Made by a program: the position numbers and the translations under genes. Positions 37,930-47,231 of a stretch of 64,000 bases of DNA are shown here, in pieces. The notes under the pieces are model-generated. The model ran no database searches and was not told where the DNA came from. It was given only the letters and a program-made list of their open reading frames with translations. The DNA is from Planctomycetota bacterium. Lineage in GTDB: Bacteria > Planctomycetota > B15-G4 > SIAN01. The stretch's first letter is position 1, and each line of letters opens with the position of its first letter. The DNA lies in the NCBI GenBank assembly GCA_031409275.1, contig JANNXA010000016.1:1-64000 (forward strand). The letters run 5' to 3'.

Positions 37930-40900
37930 TCAAGCGGCACCTCCAGGCGCGGGTGCGGCGGCTGACGCCGCGCTGCGCTTCCAGCCGTCGCCCTTGCCGA
38001 ACGCTTCGGCCAGGTCCCAGCCCAGCGTCAACAGCGCCGGCACGAGGAACAGCGTGAAGAGCGTGCTGACCACCAGTCCGCCCAGCATCACGATGCCAAG
38101 CCCCTGGTAGAGCTCGCTGCCGGCGCCGCTGCCGAACGCGAGCGGCAGCAGGCCGCAGACGGTGGTGAGCACGGTCATCAGGATCGGCCGCAGTCGGCTC
38201 TTCGCCGATTCGAACAGGGCGCGCCGTCGCTCCATCCCTTCATCGCGGAAGTTGTTGGCCTGGTGGACGATGAGGATCGCGTTGTTGACCACGATTCCGG
38301 CCAGGATGATGAAACCGAGCATCGTGATGACGTCGAACGAGGCGTTCGGGAAGTAGCGCTGCGCCAGCGCGATCGCCGCGACGCCACCTCCCATCGCCAG
38401 CGGCACCGTCACCATGATGACCATCGGCGAGAGCCAGCTGCGGAACAGCGCGACCAGCAGCAGGTAGGTGATGAGGATCGCCAGCCAGAAGCTGCGAGTC
38501 AGCGCGGCGAGCGTGAGCGTGAGCTTGTCCGCCGAACCGCCGAACTCGATCGAGTAGCCCGGCGGCAGCGTCGCCTGCGCGGGCCGCAGCACCTGCTCCT
38601 CGGCGCGTACCAGCACGTCGCCGAGCGCCACTCCCGGCTTCAGGTTGACCGTCAACGTGATCGTGCGTTGCCGTTCGAGTCGATCGATCGAGACGGGGCC
38701 GCGCCGGCGCTGGATCTGCGCGAGGTCGCCGAGCGTCACCGTCGCGCCGGCCGGCGTCACCACCGGCAGCTCGCGCAGCTCGTCCTCGGAACGGACGCGC
38801 TCCTGCGGGACGACCAGGTTCACGTCGTAGTCGCGCCCGCCGGCGGAGAAGTTGCTGACGCGCCGACCCGCCAGCGCCATCTCGACCACGGCACCGACTT
38901 GCGCAACCGTCATCCCCTGTTCGGTCGCCTTGTGCGGATCGACCTTCACCAGCAGTTCGGGGCGTCCTTCGACGTAGCCGCTGCGCGCGAAGGCGACGCC
39001 GTCGACGCTCATCAGCGCGCCCGTCAGCTTCTGCGCCGCGGCATCGAGCACGTCGAGCTCGGCACCTGACACCTGCACCTCGAACTGCGAACCGGGATCG
39101 TTGAACAGCGAGAAACGGACCGGAAGCATGAAGTTGAAGCCGGGGGTCGTGAAGCAGACCGGCATCATCTTCGAGACGTAGGCGTCGAGCGCTTCGCCGC
39201 TGGCGTACTGCGGCTTGAGGATGATCCCGCCGCCATTGAAGTTGTTCGAGGCGACGGAGAAGCAGACGGCCGACTCCGGCTGCGCGCGCACCCACTCCTC
39301 GACGTGGCCGATGTTCTCGGCGATGCGCTCCATGCGCTGGCCCGGGGTCGGCTGGGCGAAGAAGAAGATGAAGTTCGAGTTGCCCGAAGGCAGGTAGCTC
39401 GGCGCCGGGATGAAGCGCAGCGTCACCAACGACGCCGCGGTGATCGCCAGCACGAGTCCGACGCGATGGCAGCCACCCGCGAAGCCGGGGCGCGTGAGCG
39501 GCGCGATGAAGAAACCGTACAGGCGCTCCATCCAGCCCGGCGCCCCCGCTTCCGCCTTGGTCGCGACCGCCCGCTTGCCGCGCCACAGCAGCGCGCACAG
39601 CGGCGGCACTCCCAGCAGCGCGACGATCAGCGAGAAGCCGACCGCCGAGGCGATGGTGATGGCGAGGTCGGCGAACAACTGACCGGCCTCCTCCTCGACG
39701 CCGAGCACCGGGAGGAAGACCGCCATCGTGGTCAGCGTGCTGGCGAGCACGCCGCCCCACACTTCGCGACCGCCTTCGATCGCCGCCTGCAGCGGAGGCT
39801 TGCCCATCGCCTTGTGGCGGAAGAAGTTCTCCAGCACCACGATCGCGTTGTCGACCACCATGCCCGACGCGAAGGCCAGGCCGGCGAGGCTGATCACGTT
39901 CAGCGTGCGGCCGAGCGCCTGCATGACCAGGAAGACCATCACCAGCGAGATGGGGATCGCCACGCAGATGACCAGCACGCTGCGGAACGAGCGCAGGAAG
40001 ATCAGCAGCACCGCGATGGACAGCAGCGCGCCGACCACGAGGTTGCCGGTGACGAAGTCGAGCGCCTCGTTCAGGTAGGTCGTGTCGCGGTAGACCGACT
40101 CGAAGCGCAGGTCGAGCCCCTGGTCGGCCAGTCGCCGGTTGATGGCCGCGAGCTCGACGTCGCACGTTTCGATCAGCTTCACGACGTTGGCGCCCGCCTG
40201 GCGGTTCACGCCCAGCGCGACGTTCTCGCGCCCGTCGCCCTTCACGAACGAGCTGCGCTCGCGGTAGGTGTCGACGACGGTGGCGACATCGTCGATCCGG
40301 ATGGTGGCGCGCGCGTCGCGACGAACGACGATGGCACCGATCGCGGCGGGAGCCAGCGCCTTGCCCTCGGTGCGAACCACCATCTGGCGCGTCGCCGTCT
40401 CGATCGTGCCGCCGCGCAGGTTCACGTGCTCGCGCGTCAACGCCTCGGCCACTTCGTCGAAGCGCACGCTGAAACCGGCCAGGCGTTCGGGATCGAGGCG
40501 CACCTGGATCTCGCGCTCCTCGCCGCCGAAGACCAGCAGTCCACCGACTCCCGGAACGCGCTTCAGCTGCGGCGCGACCTGATCCTCGACGAGCTGGCGC
40601 ACCCGGCTCGGGTCGTACGGCGATCGCGACACCAGCCACATCGCCGCCTCGCGCTGCATCGGCGGCACCAGCGAGACGATCGGCTGCTCGGCCTGCGCGG
40701 GGAGCGGCGGCATCTCCGCCAGCTTGTTCATCACGTCGACCAGCGACGCGCTCTTGTCGACGCCCCAGTTGTATTCGAGGCTGACGGCGCTGTAGCCCTC
40801 GGTCGAGGTGCTGCGCAGCTTCTCGACGCCCTCGCAGTTCTGCACCACGTCCTCGATGGCGCGAGTCACCTGCTCCTCGACCTCGCCGGCGCTGGCGCCG

Positions 40901-41055
40901 AGGTAGATCGTCTCGATGGTGATGATCGGCGTGTCGACCGTGGGTTTCAGCTGCACCGGGATCGACCGGAACGCGAGCCACGAAAAGAGGACGGCGAGGA
41001 TGCCGGCGACCGCGATCGTGTGGGGACGTTCGACGGAGAAGCGAACGGGATTCAT
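37930..41055 (-). CDS. RND efflux permease (AcrB family)
   Basis: 1041 aa; GMVVDNAIVVLEN, STLTTMAVFLP, GIVVNNAILIV, SRLRPILMT. Confidence 0.95.
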   Translation of the reverse strand: MNPVRFSVERPHTIAVAGILAVLFSWLAFRSIPVQLKPTVDTPIITIETIYLGASAGEVEEQVTRAIEDVVQNCEGVEKLRSTSTEGYSAVSLEYNWGVDKSASLVDVMNKLAEMPPLPAQAEQPIVSLVPPMQREAAMWLVSRSPYDPSRVRQLVEDQVAPQLKRVPGVGGLLVFGGEEREIQVRLDPERLAGFSVRFDEVAEALTREHVNLRGGTIETATRQMVVRTEGKALAPAAIGAIVVRRDARATIRIDDVATVVDTYRERSSFVKGDGRENVALGVNRQAGANVVKLIETCDVELAAINRRLADQGLDLRFESVYRDTTYLNEALDFVTGNLVVGALLSIAVLLIFLRSFRSVLVICVAIPISLVMVFLVMQALGRTLNVISLAGLAFASGMVVDNAIVVLENFFRHKAMGKPPLQAAIEGGREVWGGVLASTLTTMAVFLPVLGVEEEAGQLFADLAITIASAVGFSLIVALLGVPPLCALLWRGKRAVATKAEAGAPGWMERLYGFFIAPLTRPGFAGGCHRVGLVLAITAASLVTLRFIPAPSYLPSGNSNFIFFFAQPTPGQRMERIAENIGHVEEWVRAQPESAVCFSVASNNFNGGGIILKPQYASGEALDAYVSKMMPVCFTTPGFNFMLPVRFSLFNDPGSQFEVQVSGAELDVLDAAAQKLTGALMSVDGVAFARSGYVEGRPELLVKVDPHKATEQGMTVAQVGAVVEMALAGRRVSNFSAGGRDYDVNLVVPQERVRSEDELRELPVVTPAGATVTLGDLAQIQRRRGPVSIDRLERQRTITLTVNLKPGVALGDVLVRAEEQVLRPAQATLPPGYSIEFGGSADKLTLTLAALTRSFWLAILITYLLLVALFRSWLSPMVIMVTVPLAMGGGVAAIALAQRYFPNASFDVITMLGFIILAGIVVNNAILIVHQANNFRDEGMERRRALFESAKSRLRPILMTVLTTVCGLLPLAFGSGAGSELYQGLGIVMLGGLVVSTLFTLFLVPALLTLGWDLAEAFGKGDGWKRSAASAAAPAPGGAA

Positions 41056-42236
41056 CGAGCACCACCTGCCGCTGCGGCAGGCGCCGCCAGCAGCACCGAC
41101 ACGCCGGGGAACACGTTCTCCTTGCCCGTCAGGATCACGAGGTCGCCCTCGTTGAGTTTGGCGTCCCCCAGCGGCGCCACCGCCGCTCGGCGGTCGTCCC
41201 GCGCGAGCACGGTCACGGCGATGAGCGCGGCCGTCGGCGGCGACGAATCGCCGGTCGGAATCGCCAGCGCCAGGCGCGTCCCTTCCGGCCCTTCGATCAG
41301 CGTGTCGACCGGCACCACCAGCGCCGCCTGCGTCGCGCGCAACGTGAGGCGCGCGCGCACGAAGAGGCCCGGCAGCAGACGATGCTGCGGATCATCGGCG
41401 GCGGCGACGCGGACCACGCCCTGGAAGGTGCGCGCGCGCGCCTGCGCCGACGGCAGGATCGCGAACAGCGGAGCGTCGAGCGCGAATCCGGGCAGCTCGT
41501 CGCTGGTCAGCGTCGCTCGGGCACCGACCGACACCACCCCCGCGATCGACGCCGGGATCTCGAGCAGCACTTCGCGCCGCTCGATCGAGAGGAGCTCGCA
41601 GCAGAGATCGCCAGCGGCCACATAGTCGCCGACCGTGAGCGGTCGCGCCGTCACGACCGCATCGAACGGCGCGAGCAGCTGCCCCTGAGCCAGCCGCGCC
41701 ACTTGCAGCGCGAGGTCGGCTTCCATCTGCGCCACGCGCGCCGACTCATTGGCGGCCACCGATTCGGCGCGATCGAGCGCCGCTTTGCTGACCTCGGAGC
41801 CGAGTTCGCGCGAGCGCTGCGCGTCGCGCCCCGCCAGTTACGCCATCGTGCGCGCCTGCGCGACCGCCGCCTCGCTCGAGCGCACCTCTTCCTCGATGAC
41901 GTTGTCATCGAGGCGCGCCAGCACGCTGCCCGCCTTCACTTCATCGCCGAGGCGGACGTTGAGCTCGCGCACGCGCCCCGCCCGCTCGAAGGCCAGCCCC
42001 GCTCGCTCCGGCGCCGCGACGTCGCCCACCAACTCGATCGTCTCTGCGACGTCGCCGCGCGTCACCGCCACCGTCGTCACCGGCACCTTGAAGGGCGGAC
42101 GTGCCGGCGGTTCGGGAGGCAGCTCGCGCGGGCGCTGCATCCACCAAATGACGACACCGACGACCACGAAGCCGGTGAAGAGGGAGAAGAGGCCGGAGAC
42201 GCGTTGTCCGCGCGTTTCGTTCGAAGGTGCGTTCAT
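41052..42236 (-). pseudogene. RND periplasmic adaptor gene interrupted by an in-frame TAA at 41838-41840
   Basis: ORFs 41838-42347 and 41052-41759 share one frame: ...AQARTMA*LAGRDAQRSRELG...; both halves have MFP motifs (GRVRELNVRLGDEV, APFDAVV, LLPGLFVR). Could be a base-call error. Confidence 0.75.
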
Positions 42237-42512
42237 CCGGACGAGCATACGGCGAGCTTCGCCGGGCGGCTCCCGAGCACGGAGCCGCGATCCAGTTCGT
42301 GGACGCGGGAATTCCACGAGCCAAATTTCGACGTCGGGTTGCGCCACGAGCGTTCGGCGCTAAGCACGCGGCGCGCACGGTGCGAACCCCGTCGGTCTTC
42401 CAGCAATTCGTTCCGTTCGAGGCGCGCCCCCACCACCCGTCGCCTTCACCCTCAGCCCCCTCGATTCCACCGGCGAGGATCTGAAAGCCGATCCATCCGA
42501 CACTCACCTTCC

Positions 42513-44027
42513 ATGCGACGAATCACGACGCTCCTGCTGTTGCTGCTGCCCGCCTTTCTTGCGGTGCCGGCAGCGAGCTGCACTCCGCGCGAGCCGCGAC
42601 TGCAGGAAGTCGCAGTCACACCACCCACGAACGGAGTCGTCCCCGAAAAGCGCCCGCTCCCGCTGCCGCCCGCGCGCAAGCGCAACGTCTTCTTAATCAC
42701 CATCGACACGCTGCGCGCCGACCACCTCGGCGCCTACGGCTACCCGCGCAACACCTCGCCGAACCTCGACCGCTTCGCGCGGGAGAACGTGCTGTTTCGC
42801 GAGCCCTTGGCGCAGTGGCCGAAGACCTCGCCGAGCTTCGTCTCGATGCTCTCCGGCCTCCACCCGCAGACGACCGGGCTCACCCGTCTCTGCCCGCTGC
42901 AGATCGCCGAAGAGATGACGATGGTCGCCGAGCGCTTCGGGTCCGGCGGCTACCACACGCTCGCGGTCGTCTCCAATCCGAACCTCGACGCGCAGTTCGG
43001 CTTCGCGCAGGGCTTCGACGACTACTCCGAGGGTTGGAAGCCCGAACAGGAAAAGCGTCTCACGACGAAGGGAAAGCAGCGCGGGCCGGCGAGCTACGCG
43101 CAGTTCATCAATCGCCACGCCTTCTCCGCGCTCGACCGCGCCGGCACGAAAGAGGGCGTGTTCGCCTGGATCCACTACACCGATCCGCACGCTCCCTACC
43201 AGCCGCCCGCCGAGTACGCGAACCGCTTCGTCCGCGACCCCTGGTACGACCCGACGCGCATGGTCGACTTCACCGCGAGCAACGACGCATGCTTCGGCGG
43301 CGTCCGACCCTTCGCACAGCTCGAAGAGCATCGCGAGCTCGCCTACTACGTCGCGCAGTACGACGCCGCGATCTTCACCGTCGACGAGCAGATCGGGGAG
43401 CTCTTCAAGGGACTGAAGGCGCGCAATCTTCTGGATGACGCGCTCGTGATCATCACGGCCGACCACGGCGAGGCGTTGGGAGAGCACGACTACTACTTCG
43501 ATCACGGCGCGCTTCCCTACCAGGACTGCATTCGGGTGCCGCTGATGATGACGATGCCGGGCCTCGCCGCCCCGGTCACGATCGCGCAACCGGTCGGCCT
43601 CATCGACCTGGTGCCGACGATGCTCTCGTTCGCCGGGCTGCCGGCCGACCCGCGGCTCGAGGGGAGCGATCTCCTGCCGGTGATTCGTGGCGACGCGGAG
43701 CCGAGCGACTTCGTGGTGATGGGCGCGGGCTACGCAACCGACCACCAGCACGCCATCCGAGCCGGTCGTTGGAAGCTGATCTACGTGCCGTCCGAAACGG
43801 AACGTGCGTTCATGACCGGCGCCGAGTGGGAGCTCTACGACCTCGAGGTCGATCCCGGCGAGTTGCACGACCGCGCGGCCGAGCGCCCCGAAATCGTCGA
43901 ATCGCTGCGCCTCAAGCTCCTGGAATGGCTCGCGACTCATCACTCGGACGGCAGCAGCGCGGGCGGCGCGATCGCGCTCGATCCGCGCACCGAAGAGCTG
44001 CTGCGCAAGCTCGGCTACATCAAGTAG
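42513..44027 (+). CDS. Sulfatase-like hydrolase (alkaline phosphatase superfamily), exported, possibly a lipoprotein
   Basis: NVFLITIDTLRADH, TSPSFVSMLSG, HYTDPHAPY, ADHGE, VPL, ELYDL..DPGE. Confidence 0.9.
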   Translation: MRRITTLLLLLLPAFLAVPAASCTPREPRLQEVAVTPPTNGVVPEKRPLPLPPARKRNVFLITIDTLRADHLGAYGYPRNTSPNLDRFARENVLFREPLAQWPKTSPSFVSMLSGLHPQTTGLTRLCPLQIAEEMTMVAERFGSGGYHTLAVVSNPNLDAQFGFAQGFDDYSEGWKPEQEKRLTTKGKQRGPASYAQFINRHAFSALDRAGTKEGVFAWIHYTDPHAPYQPPAEYANRFVRDPWYDPTRMVDFTASNDACFGGVRPFAQLEEHRELAYYVAQYDAAIFTVDEQIGELFKGLKARNLLDDALVIITADHGEALGEHDYYFDHGALPYQDCIRVPLMMTMPGLAAPVTIAQPVGLIDLVPTMLSFAGLPADPRLEGSDLLPVIRGDAEPSDFVVMGAGYATDHQHAIRAGRWKLIYVPSETERAFMTGAEWELYDLEVDPGELHDRAAERPEIVESLRLKLLEWLATHHSDGSSAGGAIALDPRTEELLRKLGYIK

Positions 44028-44039
44028 CGCGAGTGGCGG

Positions 44040-46364
44040 TCACTTCTCGTGCGCGAGCGCTCGCGCCAGCTCCTCGCGGCCGCGCGCCAGCCGCGGATCC
44101 TGATGGTGACGGCGGTCGGCCACCGCGACGGCCTCCTTCAGATGCGGCAGCGCGGCGTCGACCTCGCCGGCATCGACGAGCGCCAGCCCGAGCTGCAGCA
44201 GCGAACCGAGGCGCGCCGGCGAATCGACTTCGTAGTGCCTGCTGCGGATCGCCAGCGCGTCCTCGAAGAGCGGCACCGCCTCGGCCGGGCGCCCATCGGC
44301 CGCCTTGAGCTCGCCGAGCAGCGCCAGCGACCAGCCGATGTTGGGGCTCATCGCGTCGAAGAGGCCGCGGCGGATCTCGAGGCTGCGTTCGAAGAGCGCC
44401 TCTGCCTCGCTCCACTGCTCGAGCGCGCGCAGCACGCGGCCCAACGTGTCGAGCGCGATGCAGTAGCGCGGATCGGCTTCCGGCAGCAGCGTCGTGGTCA
44501 ACGCCAGCGCGGCGCGCGCCGGCGCCTCGGCGGCCGCCGTTTCGCCCGCCGCCAGCGAGTTGAGGGCCTGCGCGACCTGCAACCCCGCCATCACCGGGCG
44601 CTCCGGCCCGCCCGTCGGGCGCACCCGCTCGATCGTCGCGCGTAGCAGCCGATCCGCCTCGGGGAAGCGGTTCACCGCGGTGTACGACAACGCGAGGTCG
44701 TTGGCGATGAGCGTCCACTGCTCGCCCGGATCACCGAGCTCGTCGCACATCGCCAGCGCCTGCTGCAGGTGGCCGATCGACGCCTCGTAGCGCGCCGAGT
44801 TTCGCTCGGCCCAGCCGAGCCAGCGCAGAAGCTCGAGTCGATGGGCGGCGTCGAGCGCGCCGCTCGCGTCGGCCAACGCCTGCGCCTTCTCGAACTGCGC
44901 CGCCGCCCACCCCGCGTAGCCGAGCGAGCCGTTCACCCGACCGAGCGCGATGCGCAGCTCGACCTCGAGCGCGGGCTCGTCCTTCAGCAGCCCCTTCTCG
45001 AGCTCGTCGTTGGCGAACTTGAGCTGCTTGTTCAGCGATTCGCCGAAGCCGCGCGCCGAGCTCGGCTCGAGCTGCACCAGCATCTCTCGCAGCAGCTTGT
45101 TGACGCGCGCCGCCGCGTCGGCGTTGCGCCGCGCCTTGCGCGACCCGGAGACGAGCCCCGCGGCGCCCGCTGAAAGCGCGAACAGCGCGATCAGCAGCGC
45201 CGCGGCCAGCGCGCGCCGCCGCCTCAAGAACTTGGCGGTCAGGTAGACGAATCCGGGCGGCCGCGCGACGATCGGCTCGTGGGCGAGGTGGCGGCGCAGA
45301 TCGGCGGCGAGCTGGTCGACCGTCGCGTAGCGCCGCTCCGCTTCGGGCGCGATCGCATTGGCGACGATCGCGTCGAGGTCGCCGCGCAGCCGGCGCCGCA
45401 GCCGGGCCGGATCGGCCTCGCCGCGCGCATGCGCTGCCGCCGCGTCGATCGCCGTCGCGCTCGGCCTCGGAGGCGTCGTCTCGCAGATGGCGCGCTCGAG
45501 GTCGGTCGGCGAAGTCTCCGATTCGCGCCACGGTCGGCTGCCGGTCAGCAGCTCGTGGAGCATCACGCCGAGCGAGAAGACGTCGCTCGCCACCGTGACC
45601 GGCGCGCCGCGCACCACCTCGGGGCTTGCGTACTCGGGGGTGAGGCGCCGTTCGCGCGTGCGCGGCGCCTCCTCGCCGTCGATCGGCTCGAGCAGTTTCG
45701 CGATGCCGAAGTCGAGCAGCTTCGCGGCCCCGTCGGCGCCGATCAGCACGTTGCTCGGCTTCAGGTCGCGATGGATGACCAGCCGTTGGTGCGAGTACTG
45801 GACCGCCGCGCAGACGTCGAGGAAGAGGCGCAGCCGCGCATCGACGGACAGGCGCCGCTCGTCGCACCAGCGGTCGAGCCGCGTGCCGACGACCAGCTCC
45901 ATGACGAGGTAGGGCACCCCTTCCGGGGTCGCACCGCCGTCGATCAGCCGCGCGATGTTCGGGTGGGAAAGTCCGGCGAGGAGCTGCCGCTCGCGACGAA
46001 AGCGCTCGAACGCCTCGGCGCGCTCGACGCCGTGCTTCAGCAGCTTCAGCGCGACCTGCTGCTCGAAGGCGCCATCGTCGCGCGCCGCGCGGTAGACCAC
46101 CCCCATGCCGCCAGCGCCGAGCCGCTCGAGGACGCGCCACCGCTCGATCGTCCGGCCGATCCATGGGTCGGCCGCCTGCTCCAGCAGCCCGCGTGCGCCG
46201 GCGTCGTCGTCGACCGCGAGCAGCGCCGACACTTCGGCGCGCAACGCCTCGTCGCCGCGGCACTGCTCGGCGAGGAACGCGGTGTGACGCTCGCGCGGCA
46301 GCTCCTTCGCGGCGGCGAAGAGCGCTTCGAGTCGCTGCAGTCGTTGGCGATCGGCATCACTCAT
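44040..46364 (-). CDS. Hanks-type Ser/Thr kinase with TM segment and TPR repeats
   Basis: GAGGMG, VALK, HRDLKPSN, DFGIAK, TPEYASPE; TPR-like C-terminus. Confidence 0.95.
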   Translation of the reverse strand: MSDADRQRLQRLEALFAAAKELPRERHTAFLAEQCRGDEALRAEVSALLAVDDDAGARGLLEQAADPWIGRTIERWRVLERLGAGGMGVVYRAARDDGAFEQQVALKLLKHGVERAEAFERFRRERQLLAGLSHPNIARLIDGGATPEGVPYLVMELVVGTRLDRWCDERRLSVDARLRLFLDVCAAVQYSHQRLVIHRDLKPSNVLIGADGAAKLLDFGIAKLLEPIDGEEAPRTRERRLTPEYASPEVVRGAPVTVASDVFSLGVMLHELLTGSRPWRESETSPTDLERAICETTPPRPSATAIDAAAAHARGEADPARLRRRLRGDLDAIVANAIAPEAERRYATVDQLAADLRRHLAHEPIVARPPGFVYLTAKFLRRRRALAAALLIALFALSAGAAGLVSGSRKARRNADAAARVNKLLREMLVQLEPSSARGFGESLNKQLKFANDELEKGLLKDEPALEVELRIALGRVNGSLGYAGWAAAQFEKAQALADASGALDAAHRLELLRWLGWAERNSARYEASIGHLQQALAMCDELGDPGEQWTLIANDLALSYTAVNRFPEADRLLRATIERVRPTGGPERPVMAGLQVAQALNSLAAGETAAAEAPARAALALTTTLLPEADPRYCIALDTLGRVLRALEQWSEAEALFERSLEIRRGLFDAMSPNIGWSLALLGELKAADGRPAEAVPLFEDALAIRSRHYEVDSPARLGSLLQLGLALVDAGEVDAALPHLKEAVAVADRRHHQDPRLARGREELARALAHEK

Positions 46365-46418
46365 GGCCTGGTGCCGACTCCGCCGGTTCGGCGGTCGCGG
46401 CAGCTCACGAGACGTCGC

Positions 46419-47006
46419 TCACGTCGTGTCGCCGCGACGCAACTCGCGCAGCAGCCAGGCGCGGGCGAACTCCCAATCGCGCTTCACCGTCGCCGGCGAG
46501 GAAGCGAGCGCTTCGGCCGTCTCCTCCACCGAGAGGCCGGCGAAGTAGCGCAACTCGACCACCTTCGCCTTGCGTTCGTCGAGCGCCGCGAGTCGCGTCA
46601 GCGCTTCGTCGAGCGCCAGCAGATCGACTGGCTCCCCGGCATCGGGCGCGGGAAGCCCGGCCACGGCGTCGGTCCCTTCGCGCGCCCGCCCGCCGCCGCG
46701 TTTCTCGCTGCCGCGCTTCTCCGCATGGTGGACCAGCACGCGGCGCATCGCCGTCGCCGCGATCGCGAGGAAATGGGAGCGCGACTCGAAATGCGCCTGC
46801 GTCTGGCCGGCGAGCTTCAGGAACGCCTCGTGCACCAGCGCCGTCGGCTGCAGCGTGTGGCCCGGCTTCTCGCGACGCAGTTGCGCCGAGGCAAGATCGC
46901 GCAACTCCTCGTAGACCAGCGGGAACAGCAGCTCCGCCACCGGCTCGCCGCGCGCGAGGTCGGCGAGGAGTCGGGTCACCTCTTCGGAGCGGTCATCCGC
47001 GGGCAT
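46419..47006 (-). CDS. ECF sigma factor of the kinase-associated (TIGR02999/ECF43-like) type
   Basis: VTRLL, LFPLVYEELR, HTLQPTALVHEA, KRGG, VVELRYFAGL, TVKRDW..ARAWL; directly upstream of the kinase. Confidence 0.93.
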   Translation of the reverse strand: MPADDRSEEVTRLLADLARGEPVAELLFPLVYEELRDLASAQLRREKPGHTLQPTALVHEAFLKLAGQTQAHFESRSHFLAIAATAMRRVLVHHAEKRGSEKRGGGRAREGTDAVAGLPAPDAGEPVDLLALDEALTRLAALDERKAKVVELRYFAGLSVEETAEALASSPATVKRDWEFARAWLLRELRRGDTT

Positions 47007-47231
47007 GGCGCGCGATTGTAGGGGACGGCGCAACCCGATGATTGCCGCGACGGCGCCCGCCGCCCGCGTCCACCGTCGGAAACTTCGTCCTCATCCCGCC
47101 ACGAAGAGGCGCTTCAGCCCGGGGGCGAACGACCTCGCAAGGGCAACCGGCGAACAACTCTCGGGGTCGACGATTCGAGCGGGTTGTGGTTCCGTCGGCG
47201 CAACCTAGAACGCTGCGCCGGAGATTGCGCC

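Noticed and set aside
41838..41840. Selenocysteine or pyrrolysine recoding
   Set aside because: The codon is TAA, not TGA or TAG, and the position is non-catalytic.
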